From Atractiella rhizophila (lineage: Eukaryota): a stretch of DNA of 47,753 bases. Positions 11,441 through 25,043 of the stretch are shown one piece after another (the stretch's first letter is position 1; the number at the start of each line of letters is the position of its first letter). The translations under genes and the position numbers were made by a program. The stretch is from contig MU271425.1 in NCBI GenBank assembly GCA_021432655.1, forward strand, positions 1 to 47,753, read 5' to 3'. Below the pieces are notes generated by a model. It ran no database searches, was not told the DNA's origin, and saw nothing but the letters and a program-made list of their open reading frames with translations.

Positions 11441-14400
11441 GCGTAGGATGTGATGGGGGATATGGATTTGGCTTGGAGTTCATCTGGGCAGATTACATAT
11501 TGTATGACGAGAAAATGACACATCCTAGGTTCCGCTGTTCCTCAACGACTGGGACCTGTGACTTTCAAGTTCACAGTGGTCACTGTATCTGTCAACAACG
11601 AACTGCTGTGAACCGATGTCTTCGTTCCTTAGACGGAATAAGACTATCATTTCTGCCTTTATATGGTGCAATGAGGTTGCAATACCTTGAGATTTTTGAG
11701 ACGGACCACATCCTTGAAGAGTACCAACTTCTAACATTCTTCTCTTTCTTTGTCACAGTGCATTACTAGTATACTTTCTTCTTTATTACTTCTCTTTTTC
11801 CCTCGTGAGAGCAAGAAAACAAGGAAAACACAAGGACCTAACCCAAATTGCACAAGCCTGCGCAGTCGGAAACTGTGCAAGAAGGGACAATCGGGATCGT
11901 CCTCTGAGGTTCTATGCACTTGGTGATATATTCCTTCGCCCTCCCAACTCTCTCTCGTAGACTCCCCAGAGAGACCGACACTATTTTCAAGCATTTCCTT
12001 ACAACTCTCTAGACTCTCCCCTAGACACAGTGCTGCCAAGAAACAAAAAATGAAGGTCTCTCTTTCGCTATCGCTCTCTCGTCCCTTCTCGCGGCCATCG
12101 AGGCTGTTCATACAACAGGTGGTCGTCATGCTTTGAGGCTTCACAAGAGGGGCACATTGGACAAAGAGGATTCCACGGACAGTATGTCTTTCTTCTCTCT
12201 TCCCCGAACTTGAACTTGAGCGAGGTCGCCAAAAAATATGCCAAGCCTTTGTACTGGCCCCTGACTGACTGTTTCTTTCTTTGGTGGATGACAGAGCGAC
12301 TTGGTGGGATGTGGAGGACTCCGACCTTGCTGTGGAGAATATAACAAGCTGACGGAATTCGGTCGGTGCGTTGATGGAGGGGAGTATTGGCTATCGCTAG
12401 GATCACATTTGCTGCCATTGGATGTGCTCTCTATTCGTCAATTGTACAACTTCCTGCTTGTCACGGTTGATATCACGGACGGCGGGAGACTATGAAGCAA
12501 ACATGGCGGGAGAGTTCAAAGCTTTCACTTCTCGTACTTTGAGGCTTGAACTCGAGGACACTGAAGATTTCGAGCTATATAACAATAATGATCCGTACAT
12601 TCAGTTACTGCTGAAATGGCTTCGCCTTGTCCAATGTCAAGATCCATCGCATATTGGGTTAGCAAATCGATTCCGCTAGTAAGGCTCAATCTCTCGTCTA
12701 CCACCAGTTTCACCTACAAGAGCCTCAAGTGGTGTAGTTCAGCGAGAGGTGCTTGGAGGTGCTTTAATCTCTGTGTCACTCTCCCCCAATTTGTTCTAGT
12801 ATACTCGCTTCGATATGCTACTATATTCCTCGAATGTCTCTTTACTCCAAACACGTCTGCTCCACTAGCGAAAGTCATTGTCATATTGTTAGGTAGAGAT
12901 GGCAACTCAATTGACGCCATTCGAGTATAAAAAGCCCTACACAATCTCTCAGACAAGGTCACATTTTCTCATGCATACGAAATCATAATGTTTTTGATCA
13001 TCAAACAACATCAAACATCCAATCGTACTTAGCGATATAGATGGCTGCACGCTCCAAAATCGGGCTGTCAGAGATGGCGATGCGGTTGTCACTTGCAAAC
13101 GGTCGATTTCCTCGTCAGAAAAGCATGGTCATTCAATGATTATTAGAGTACAACACCTCTTGAAACTCCATGCCCTCATTGCTCAAACTGGCCAACATGC
13201 AACCAATGCAGCGAGAAAGGAGACGAAAGAATGGTAACAGTAATTTACATTTTCAAATCTCGACGCTTGGAAAGATTCTCTGCGTTACTGAAAAAATATG
13301 CTGGATAGTTGTACCTGGAGCAGCATCACGGGGTTCTGGAACGGGTTCCGTCGGCACGAGTGAAGACGGGTGAGAGCCATGGTGCGATCCCAAGTGAGAA
13401 TGATGGCTTGAGAGACCTTTCTCACTTCCCCCGCCTCCAGACCCGGTTTGTGCACCTGATTCTTGATCTGTACCACCCGAACCGCCACTGGCCCTTTGAA
13501 AGACTAGCTGCAATTGGCACTCTAGGTTCTCCATTCTACCCGTGAGCGTGACGACTACAGCCGTGAGCCCAGAATTCTAGCCTCACGTCTTCTTCCCTCA
13601 ACTCCCCCAACAAATCTCCTCCATCCCCATTTGTATATCACTTTCATCTTGAGGATTGTTCCACCATCTCTCTGTCGCTTTCATCCTCACATTGAAGATT
13701 TGGTCCCTAATCAAGATCAAGATCAGACTGATTGGGCTGGGCCATGTTGAGGCGATAAGACTGAAGATCAGAGGCTGGGTGCATGGGATTCCGTTGCTGG
13801 AGCTTGAGCTGGGCCTTGAAGGCACAGGGGATGCTCCGTGGATGTATGAGATGGCAGTTGGTGTTCGGGTTCTTCAAACAGACACCCAAAGACGTGATGG
13901 TATCAACGCATAGAGCTGCACTTGTTTCGACACGCATCTTGTCATCCTCTTCTTTCTTTTTCCTGGCTTGAGCTCTGATGTGAGGATATGGTGATGAAGA
14001 ATCCCTTGTAGGCCTTAAGGTGTCTCGAAGACGATGGTAAGGCAAGATGGAGTTGGAAGAAGTGGAACTCATTAAAAGATGGGTTAGGACGATGTTCACA
14101 ATAAATATTATTATGATCATCACAGCATATCTAGGGGCTCAGATAAGGTGAGACTCTGCTCTGGCAATGCTTAAATCAGGAATTCTAATAAGACTACCCT
14201 GTGCAGATGTGCATTATGCATGCGTTAAGTTCAGACATTGCAATTCCGCCGGGGCAAGTGGACGACGACAAACACTTTCCGTACTCCACCTCTTTATATT
14301 ATCAGCTCACCTAACCACTATCAACGTTCCCTCAATAACCTCTTGTTCATACCTCCATCGAGATGTCATGAAAAGAGAAGTCCTTTTCCCTTCACATCCA

Positions 14401-14514
14401 AATAGCCACTTGCCGCTACCTGTTATCGAATCTTTTGTTGGAGATAAGCGACAAACTGTGACAACTATAGTCACATGAGTGCCCCGCAATGCCCCGCAAT
14501 GTAAAATACACATA

Positions 14515-16124
14515 GGAGGATGACAGACCATCCCAACCCCTAATAATTCCAACAAAATCAACTCTAAGAGTTGTAGACATTCTGGGCATTGATGAAGAGA
14601 CCCAGAATGACCCTGTCCAGCTTCTGGACTTTGCCTTTTTAGAATTTCGCAATATGTGCAGGAAAAACAAGCTCAAAAATGCCAGAGGAGAATTCAAAAC
14701 GGATCAAACCGTAGTAGACAACATTAGCACTCTTTTTAAGACTGCCATTCAGATGCTGAAGCTAGACCCTCTCAGCGAAATGTGTCACATTACTTGTAAT
14801 CAAGCCATTGCGAACAATTCAATCGATTTGATCCTAGACAGACTAGAAGGGATTGAAAGCAAACTCTCAGAGGGAGTCTGTGTTCATGATACGAACACCA
14901 TCCGACCCACCTGGGTGCCAGATGCAAATGACTTCCCTCCGCTTAGCCTTCTCCCCTCAGTTCTAGCACCGACGAACGCTCCCACCCGTTCCAGGGCAGC
15001 TTCTAAGAAAGCTCGCCAGAGGCGAAATCGCTCTAGAAAGCTGACACTTTTCCCTCCCAATGACTCCGAAGCCCACCAAGTTGATAAATCCGAAGCGGAT
15101 TTGCTTGCTCAAGTTAACGAGGCCCTAGTCAAGAGATTGGTCTTCAGAGAACCGATTAGGGACAACACCCCGGAAGAACAGGAGAATAGTATCGTCACTG
15201 CTTCTGCAGTGGACAAACTACCTGGAGGGGAGGTTGACTCTATGGTTCAATGATACCATCGATTGCGACAGGGCATCGCAAACCTGCACAGAGTGGCTAG
15301 ACGCTTGCGGTGAACTCAAGGGCTTCACCCGAAATGTTCCAACGGACGTTGTGGTGATTCGCAGAGTCCAGACCGATTGGAATATAAGGGACAAGAGTCA
15401 GGTCAAGAGACTACTCTTAGACTGCAACAACTGGACAGAAATGGATGTTCTAAAGCTAGAATGGGTCTCGAAGAAAATTTTCAAAGACAAGAATGTAGAA
15501 AGCAACGCTCTCAAGAGCTTCTCATCCTTGTTGATTTTCTTCAAAAACGGAAAAGTCGCGGATGAAGCCATTGAAACAGGGGTGTTCTTCAATGGTCGAC
15601 ACCTCAACACCGAAAAATCGATTCGAGCCTTGCCACAATGCTTTAATTGCTTCCAACTAGGACATTTTGGTAGAAGCAGTCATAGAAAAGACAGGCCTGT
15701 TTGCAGAGCATGCGCAGAAGAGCACGATACAAGATCTTGCACAAAGCAACTAACCTGCTTCATGCAAGAAGGAACAGACCCATCTCCATGTGGAGATAAG
15801 ACCCCGATAGGTACACTCTGCTCACACGTGAGGGTAGCATTACGCTGCGCTTACTGTGGCGAGAAAGGACATGGCGCACACGGGGCCAATGGAGGAGACA
15901 ATTGCCTTAGGAAGAGAGCTGACAGAGCTAAAGCGAGATTAGTTGAAAGAGAACTAGGAGAATACTTTGAAAGGGATGAATGGGATGATGAACCCGAAGG
16001 GGCACCCATTCATCAAGAGGATAAAGAGGAGGGAAATGACGGAAGAGAACAGACGCCCAAGCTTGAGATGGGAAGTGAAACAACTGAGTTGCCAGTATTG
16101 AGCAACAATGAGGTTGTAGAATGA
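14515..16124 (+). pseudogene. LINE ORF1 (gag-like, Cys/His zinc knuckles), frameshift near 15240
   Basis: QCFNCFQLGH, CRACAEEH....C, CAYCGEKGH. The frame is open back to the element's 5' edge, which implies truncation within ORF1. Confidence 0.85.
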
Positions 16125-19100
16125 TAGAAGAAATCTTTACATGGCCTGATGCAGTCAGCGACACCAGTTCAGAGAGCGGTTTGGTCCCACCACACACTCC
16201 AGCAATGGTTCCAAACTCATCCGCCTCTAAAAGAATTCTAACAATCATTCAGCAAAATCACCATAAAAGAGGAACTATCACACACTCATTTCTACATTCT
16301 GAAGACCGTCTGGCAGACATCATTTTAATTCAAGAGCCTCCCACAGTTCTTCCTGACAGCGGGACATTTATTCGTTATCCCAGTTATAAAACAATTGCTT
16401 CAAAAAAAGCAAAAACTTCAGACTCTAGATCAGAAGTCTCCCGCTCTGTTATTCTTATCAATCTTAATACATTTTCGGGAGATTCATTTGTGGAAGTCCC
16501 CAGTAAATATCCTGATGTTTCAGCAGTGGTGATTTCACTTAAAGGGGGGGAAAGCTTCTTCGTCGTAAACGTATACAATGCGGCAGGGGGCAGACAGACT
16601 ATTAACAATGTTATGTCACTTTTAATGACGCCAGAGAAAGAGGAGCATTAAAAGAAGAGGACCTGATATATGTAGGGGGGGATTTTAACCTGCACCACAC
16701 CGAGTGGAACCCGGAAGGGTACATACGCACGGATGGCAACGCAGACTATCTCCTAGAAAACATGGAGGAGATGGGTCTAACCCTACGCTCTCAATGAGGT
16801 GTCCCAACATTCATAAGTGCCCTGGGACACGAAACAACCATTGATCTTATCTTCACTAATGAAATCGCCAATGAGTTCATAACATATTGCGTCACTGACC
16901 GAGGGGGAAACAGTCACAACTCGGACCACTACAAGCTAGTGACCAAGCTTTCGCTCCTTCCCCCAGCATTCAATCCATGTCGCCACTACAACCTCCAAAC
17001 CGCTAACTGGGAGTTGGTAAGAGAACACCTTCAAAAATCTGATCTGTTGGCAGGTATCCCAGGGGACATGGACGAACTAGCGACGAAAGAAAACATCGAT
17101 GCAGCGGTCGAACACCTCACCGCAGCGCTGGTTGACGCCATGAAACTGATCCCCAGAGTTTCCAAGAGTCAACCTACGAAGCGATGGTGGACGGAGGAGC
17201 TGTCAGAAAAGCGGAAAAAGGTCAACAAGCTGCGTAACAGGTTCCTCAAAGCGAAAAAGAAAGGCAGTGAGGAATCAATGGAGGAAGCTCGCTTGACCTG
17301 GCGGGGAGCAGCTAACCAATTCCATGCAGACATCAGACAAGCGAAGTCCCAGCACTTCGAAGATTTCCTCGCCGACCTGGACAAGAACTCCATTTGGACA
17401 GCTCACAAATATGGTAAAAGGGAGAACGGTGTCGCGACATCCCACCTCTCACTAACCCTGACAGCCTTGAAGACACCGTATCCTCCCCAGGGGAAAAAGC
17501 CTCCCTATTCCATTCCTCCTTCAATCCCTCAGCACGCCGATGTGACCTTTCTGACATCCCACATCCCCACACCCCTTCTCCAGCTCCCTCCCGCCCCCTA
17601 AAGATTGAAGAGATTGACGAAGCTATAGATAGAATCAAAACGAGTTCTGCGCCAGGACTATCGGGCATCTCCAACAAGATGATAAAGGAGGTTAGGTCGG
17701 AGATACGCCACCATCTCTTCAACATCTTCTCCGCCTGCTACATTGTTGGATACTACCCATCGTCCTGGAAGCACTTCACAACGATCATCCTATGGAAACC
17801 TAAACGAGCCGACTACTCCCTTCCTTCGGCCTACAGGCCCATTGCCCTCCTAGACTGCGTTGCGAAGGTTTTCGACGGCGTTATTTCAGCCAGACTCACC
17901 TTCCATGCAGAGAGCAATGGAGCGCTCCCCTCCCATCACTTCGGAGCTAGGCCAGGTAGATCCACCAATGACGCCCTACTAACAGTCACAGAGTTCATAA
18001 GAGAAGGCTGGACGAAGGGAGAGGTAACAGCCTCAGTTTCACTGGACGTAAAAGGGGCCTTCCCCACAGTAGTTCACACTCATCTAATCGACGACCTCAG
18101 GAAGAGATCAGTCCCAGAAAGCGAGATCGACATCATTGAGGCATGGCTGCGAGACAGACAAACGACTTACAACTTCGACGGATACACGTCAAAGCCTTTT
18201 GTCCTAGGAATTGGACTGGCTCAAGGATCTCCCTTATCTCCCATCTTATACTTGTTCTACAATGCTGACCTCCTTGACATACAGGCTCCGGAAGGGGACT
18301 CTCTCAAATGCGGGTTCGTAGACGACGTCCACATGAATGCCCGTGCGACGAACCCAGAACGGGCCATTTCCAACCTCGAGGTGATGCTCGACAAGGCAAT
18401 GGCTTGGGGTGAGAAACATGGTGCTATTTTTGAGGAGGCCAAGACGGATTTCGTCCTTTATGGTAAACGTAAAAAGATGAAGTCCAGATTCGGCAACCTC
18501 ACTATTCATGTTGAATCTACAACCATTATGCAGTCGCTGGAAATGAAACACCTAGGAATGCTCCTTGATTCCAGGTTAAGCTTCAATTCCCACCTAAAAG
18601 TGATTGAGAAGAAGGCGAAATCATCGCTCTCACTTCTGCCGACCCTCTCCAATACGACGAAAGGCATCCCACTTCTACACTATCGGCGCCTGGACGAGGC
18701 TGCAATCTGTGCAATGACAGATAACAACGCAATCATTTGGCACCATCTTGGAAAGAAGAGTGGCGGCGCAGCACGGCAAGAAATCGTTCAACGATACGCT
18801 CAAAGACTCATGCTCGGAGCCTTTCGCACCACCCCTACAACGGCTCTCTCCTATGACTCCAACCTTCCGCCAGTGGTGGCTCGCCTCGATAAAACGATTA
18901 CTCGAGCAATGATCAGACTGCTCTCCCTCCCGGACTCCAACCCAGCGGGCAGGATCGCAAAAAATATACTCAACTCTGCTCAACCCAAGAAACACCTCTC
19001 TCCTCTCAATTCACTCCTCCTCTCCGACAAACTCAACTTCTCCAAGGACCTCGAAATCATCCCTTCTTTCACCACCCACCCTGGCCACTCACCACCTTTC

Positions 19101-19558
19101 GACATCTTCATAGCGGACTCAAAGGAAGACGCGATGCAAGATTTCAAGAAGCTAAAGCAAGAAGAGGATGAAATTTGGATCTTCACGGACGGCTCAAGGA
19201 CGGAGGATGGAGTGGCATGCGGGCTAACGATGACGGAACCGGAGAACAAAGCGGGATACAGGATCAGCAACCAAGACGATAACACCATCTTCGAAGCGGA
19301 ACTAATGGGGATAGATCGAGCCTTGACACTGGGGATTGCGCTCAATAACTCAAGAGGAACCGTCTCGTCTACACGCATTTTCACAGATTCTCAGGCCGCA
19401 GTCAAAAGTTTATCGAAGAAACCGAAATGCAAACCTGGAGTCAGCTTGATCCTCAACATCAACAAGCTGGCAAACAGATTCCGAAGGCTCTTCCCCACCA
19501 GCTCCATCTCTCTCCATTGGATCCCAGGCCACAACAACGTCAAAGGCAACGAGCTAGC
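16121..19558 (+). pseudogene. LINE ORF2: APE endonuclease, reverse transcriptase and RNase H, with frameshifts and an internal stop
   Basis: APE: DIILIQEP, GDFNLHH, TTIDL, SDH. RT: YRPIALLD, SLDVKGAF, GLAQGSPLSPILY, FVDDV. RNase H: IFTDGS, FEAEL, FTDSQAA, WIPGHNNVKGNELA. Confidence 0.95.
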
Positions 19559-20060
19559 CTCGGTTGAAGAAGTCATCCTCGTGAGCTTTTAATGAGGATT
19601 TCTGGGTAGTCAAGTTTCCTCCACTCACAAATCATAAATAATCGAGTGAACTAATGCCTTACTTCGGCTGGAGCACAAGCATTCCGATCCTTAGAAAAGT
19701 AGAGAAAGGAAGTTTTAAGACCGTATGCGTCGTGAGCTTTACTTAGTTGTCAAAGAACCGGACTGTCGGTATGACCATACTACCATGTATAACTTGTGTT
19801 CGACTCGCCAACACGCCAACGCCGTTAACGCTTACAAAGCGAAGTATTAGAGGGTCGCTCGTGTGGTGAAACCACTGTTTCGGAGTTGATGCAAAAGACG
19901 TTGCTGTCTTGAAACAAACCGTGTCATTGAGTCAGACGTTAAGTCGCGAGTTTGCCGTTGAAGACCTAGAGCTTGAGTACATCTTTCCCCCAATTTACTG
20001 GTTTTACACGGTAATAACAGAAGTTTAATTCACAGTTTGAAGACCACAATCAAACGTTGA

Positions 20061-23000
20061 ACCCTACCGATAACACGGCCGTTTATGGCCGACCTGTCAC
20101 AGGCCACTGCCACGGCCTGAGGCAGGCAGGTGGTTTTGCTTTCTGCTGGTCAACCTGCTACTGCTCCTGCTCCACTCGTAATAGGGCAGGCAGGGTCTTA
20201 TCGCACCTGCTGCCGAAGGCCATCCTGCCAGACCAAATATCCCCCCCTCGCTCTACATCGTACCCATTTCCTTGACGCCCGTACATTTCTACACAGTCTT
20301 CCATGCACGAGGGACCAAGGACGAAGTCCAAGAGACTTTGACTCCTCGTTGCTGAGCTAACGTTATCCGAGAGCGTGTGGAATTTAGTGTCACACGTTCT
20401 CGTTAGTGTACGGGACCTTCCAACCTTAGGTCAGGTAGAGCAAGTGTGTGTACAATCATTGTATCAGTATCTGATGTTTACACTCCGTGAATTCTTTAGG
20501 GACTTGGTTCTATAACTGTATGTCTAGGTGCTCCGCTTAGGCGTTTTACATTTCAAGTACGTTGATGGCGTTCCGTTGCAGGTTTTCGGAGTCGTGGCTG
20601 ACGAAGGTAGAAGCGGGAAGACTTGTATTCTCGGATCCTTAGGGTATTTAGGTCGCGAGTGTTGAGGGTAGTTAGCTTCGACGGTATTTTACCGACTTGG
20701 GTTACCGTCCGGCAACGCCGTCGCCTGAGAGTAACTATACCACTTCTCCTTGTTTCTCCTCTTGCTTATCTGTTGATTCAGCTGTTTGCTTTTTCTTCTC
20801 AGCTTCGTTTCTCCGTCACATTCCTATGACCAAGTATGCGTCGGATCTCTACGAGCATGATTCAGAGACTAACTGTTTACTTCGTCCTACATGCTTGTCG
20901 GGACCGATGCTCGTAGACGTCGCTGTAGCATCGCGGAGAGTTTTACTACTTTTTCTTGGTGTTGGTGTATTGAAATACTGGTATGATTCTCGTCCTAGCG
21001 AGAGTAGTATGTAAAGGAGTTGGTTGCAGTGAAGCGATGATTGGTTCTAACCTGAATCTCGGAAGTCGACCTAAGCCGTGAGACAGATTCTTCCGTTGAA
21101 GTGAAGAAGTGGTGGAACTTGAGGTACAACGACTTTTACTGCTTCTTGGTAAAGTGAGCCGTAAGAGACTATACCGACTGGTTTTCGGCAGCTATGGCCA
21201 AAGGTCTGTTCCGTACGTTTTCGGGAAGCCTGAGACACCAACTGCCGTACGTCTGTCAGATTTTTGAAGTCTCTATCAGGGGAATTGTCCTCAAGCACGA
21301 ATCTACGGGCTCCTTCCCTCTTTCAGATCAATGGTGACGTGTTTTTCAAGTACGTCGAAATCGGCGGCTTTGGCCAGACGCACTTGGTATAGTCTCTTCT
21401 GTGGTTTAATGTCAACGTGCTTAGACTTCTGAGTCTGCACCAGTACGACCTGGAAGTTCGTTTTTATCGCATGTTGGTCCGGACTCTCGAGTCTAACTAT
21501 TAGTGCACTCCCCCGCCTTTTAGATGTTTTCTTTGTCCACAGATTTCAGCTACTCTTTGTTCTTCGTCGTTTTCTAGTCAGGATGTAACCGGTGAATAAA
21601 GGAAGTAGTGTATGAATGTGGTATCTCCCACTAACTAGGATAGTTCCACGGTAGGCGTCGTTCGTAGAGGAGGTCTGACCTGTTATCGGGCAGCTCACGA
21701 CGGTAAAGACGCGTAGTTTCGCCCACTGTCGGACGTAGGTATGTCATCTGCTCGGTTCCAGTCCTGCCATGCTGCTTTCTACTAAGAACGGACGTATTTG
21801 GGTACAGGTACATAGGCAGAACCATAGTGTGGTGACTATACACCGTGCCTCGGTCCTTGCTGTGTAAGGGTCCCAGCATATGTAAGTCTAGGTAAGTAAA
21901 GAAGTGTTCCAGTTCTGGTTGTCATTTGGCACCGTTTACGTCGTCAAGCTCGTAAGCGGTGATAGTTCTCCCGCTATCCATAATGGTTACGTCGGTAGAC
22001 GTGAGTTGTCCACGAGGCACAGTGGTTTCGCTCATCTAAGGTTGATGTTCCCTGAACGATTTGTCACGAAGTGCCCCTTAGTAGAGGTTGGTAGGCGTAT
22101 CATAGAACTCGTCAAAATACTGGAAGAGTTTATCGGTTTTTCCTAGTTACTGAACCTCTATTGCGTGTCTCCTTACAACTATTCCGTCGACCTTCTTAAT
22201 TTCGTGCAACAGGAGTGACTTAACTGCAGTGAGGAAGTCCATGACTTGACAGGAAAGTCTAGTGTCTGTGCCTAAGCCGATTTTGACGTGATGACAGTTT
22301 GACTCTCGAGTCTGCTATAAGATTTCGCGAATTTTGCCGTCATGCCCAGTGTCCCTCGTCTTTTAACCTGAGTAACTGTATGGGTTTCGAGTACGTTACG
22401 TTGCGACTAACGGGTACATGAAAATGTCGTCAGCAACTTGTTGCTCAGAGAACTGCTGGAGGAACAGTTTTCGAAGTCAGTGCAGGGGTTCCTCTGTTCG
22501 AAATCGAGACTGGCTTTTAGGGCTCAAGTCTCTCAACCTAGACTGGTACAATGTAACCTGAGCTAGTGTTGCAGAACTTTGTACACTGTTGACTTCTGCT
22601 CATGAGTTTCAGGACGACCCTACAGGGGTCTAGTCTTTCTCGCATAGATTTTTCTGACTTATTCAGTCTCAACAGGTTCAGCTTTAGCCAATTCTTCCTG
22701 TCTTAGTACTTCTACAGCCTCGTCTCCTACGTAGTCGAACCTTGCTCAAATGCACCTTCAGTCAAATGAGATAGCTAAGAGTGTATAGTCAATTAGTACA
22801 CTTAAGTTCCATCGCATACTTTTGTATTTCAAGTGGAGGAGACAACCTACGGACCTGCAGCTGATGAAGGCAGCTGATATAGGAGGTATATCGAGTAGTA
22901 TAGTTACTACTAACCCTTGACCTTCTTTAAACGGAGCTGAAGAGTCTCGAAGAGCCATCGGTGTGACCCCTGTTGTACCGTCTACAACAGGACTTCACGA

Positions 23001-24959
23001 ACCTAGCGATAGTATAACGTGTGTACCAAACAAGGAAAGGGACCGAAGGACACAGGACGACAGTGAGTTGAAAGGAAGTGTGAATCGAGCCTTAGGACTA
23101 CTGCCTACCACGCTCATTGTTGTTTTACGAACGCCTTCCGCAGCGTTCTCTAGAACGGTTCTCCCCCTAGATAAAGTCGCGTATGCTTGCGGTAGAGTTA
23201 ACGTACGGTGTACAGTAAGTAGAGCGACGGTAGCGTGAGGAACTTTGGGAACTGCAGACCGGTTTCCTCCGCTTCTCAGGACCACAATAAATAGTTCTCA
23301 CACAATGCTGGCGCCGTCTCCTTCCCCTACGCTCAGTCGATCCACTTCTTCTCAACTGACCCCTCAGCCTACTACGACAATACCACTTTGAGTTTCCACG
23401 CTATGGTTTCCAAGCGGAGGAGCAGTGACAGAGTCGGCGTTTCATTATCTTTTCTACCTATAAGATCGAGTCCCGCTATTAGTTCGTGGATGCATCAAGG
23501 AGTGTTGCTGCCTTCTCGACCAACGTTGATGACCTTCTACGATAACTCTGATAGCTCTTGTACAGGCTACTCTGCAACTCTTACGGCTAAGAGCTACACG
23601 CCTGAGCTACCTCCATATGCGTACTGTACGAACTAGACCGACAATCCACGGCCCTTCGACACTTCCGTATACACCTAGCAGTACTGGAACTCAGCGAACG
23701 GAACAGTCTTCTCCTGACCTTACCCTAACTTGACCATACTAATCAATAGAGTGTTCACAACATAAGAGACTATTAACGGTTGGACCTCGTCCGTTGGTTC
23801 ACTGAGCTCCAAAAGGTGTTACGTTGCATACTGTACAGATACTGCTTCTTGAGGACTGAAAGCGTTTGAGAGCTACACAAGGTGCCCAACGAGGTTGTAG
23901 ATCTTTGGAGATATGCCCTTAAGGGATAGAGGGAACTATGCTTTATGGCAGCTCGTGAGCAACTACGAATACTGTTCGAACGTTGAACCGTGGAGTTTAG
24001 TCTACGGAGAGACATGGGACAAATAAGATATGCACTCAGGAGGGAAGACAGTTATTTAGCAAGAACTACGAGTCTAAACGGAGCAACAGTCAAGATCTGG
24101 GTGCCTACCCATAGTTCATAACACTCGACGGGCATAAGAGGTTACGTCTGGCTTTTCTCTAACTCTCCGTGTTTCTGTTGAAACGCTCGAGACAAAGCCT
24201 CTCTCATAACGTCTCGTGGTTGAGGAAGGTAACAGCGTAGTCTACGAGTTCTACTTGTCGCTCCAAGTTGTTTGAGTTCCTTCTCCTTTGCACAGTTGGA
24301 CCGTCGGCTAGATTACTCCATAGTTCCGTCACGGCCAGTTGGACTTCTGAACCGAGTTTTTCTTGAGCTAGTAGAAAAACTTGTATTCGTTGAACTGACC
24401 CGGTAGTTAGGCGAAGATAAGACCTTTCTTCTTAGCGTGTTCTTAGAAGGGTTGGAAAGAGCATACCGTGTCCTATAGGAAAGGTACGGTCCTTTCATTA
24501 GAGTACCGTCGAAACCCATCGAACAACTACGGCTCATATCTCTCACGCCACCGCCATCTCGCGTAAAAAAGACCACGAGCACTATGGTAACCTTATGCTT
24601 CTCGAGCGAATCTAGGACTTAGATAAGCTCGGGAGTACAAAGAGTTCCAAAGTGACTCCTACGTGGCACTCTTCTCCTAACGACTCGACTTCGCTCTCTA
24701 CCTTTTCCGTAACCCGTAGCCCTTATATGTGATTCAACTCGTGTAGCCTAGAAGTTCCCATAAATGTATAAGACCGTGCGTTAGTTATATTAGTAAACGT
24801 GAGCAGGACTTGGCAGGGAAGCAGGAACTGGCAGGGCATGAAGTTCAGCGGGTTGGGGGAAAAGCTCCGGTCACCCTGCCCTATCCTGCTCCTGCTGTTC
24901 TTGTAGTGAGGCAGGCTGGTTTAGACGCGGCCGGCGTTTGCCCTGCTGTCGGTAGGGAT
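20061..24959. mobile_element. hAT element hidden in the mirror block (read as the base complement, left to right)
   Basis: The complement translates to LLDAWTS...GSHTGDNMA (22841), TDGASNNK (about 23100), CMPHVIHLAA (about 23200), ILDVRTRW...LSEEDW (about 23590-23720), NPLLFWK...LSRMAQDILSMP and AVERIFSGARD (about 24400-24600). The ends TGGGATGGCT and AGCCATCCCTA are TIR-like. No TSD was seen. Confidence 0.88.
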
Positions 24960-25043
24960 CCAGCTTCAAGTCAACTAGTTCAAGAATTCAAGAACGAGGC
25001 CTTACGTGTGAAATCGGTTTATCGCTGTTGGCGTGCACCTCCG

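Noticed and set aside
11500..14500. Coding-like fragments between GOT1 and the LINE
   Set aside because: No recognisable motifs, so I cannot assign them from sequence alone.
19559..19592. ORF2 C-terminus SVEEVILVSF* in the ORF track
   Set aside because: This is read-through into the mirror block. The true continuation is DTAANSAT.
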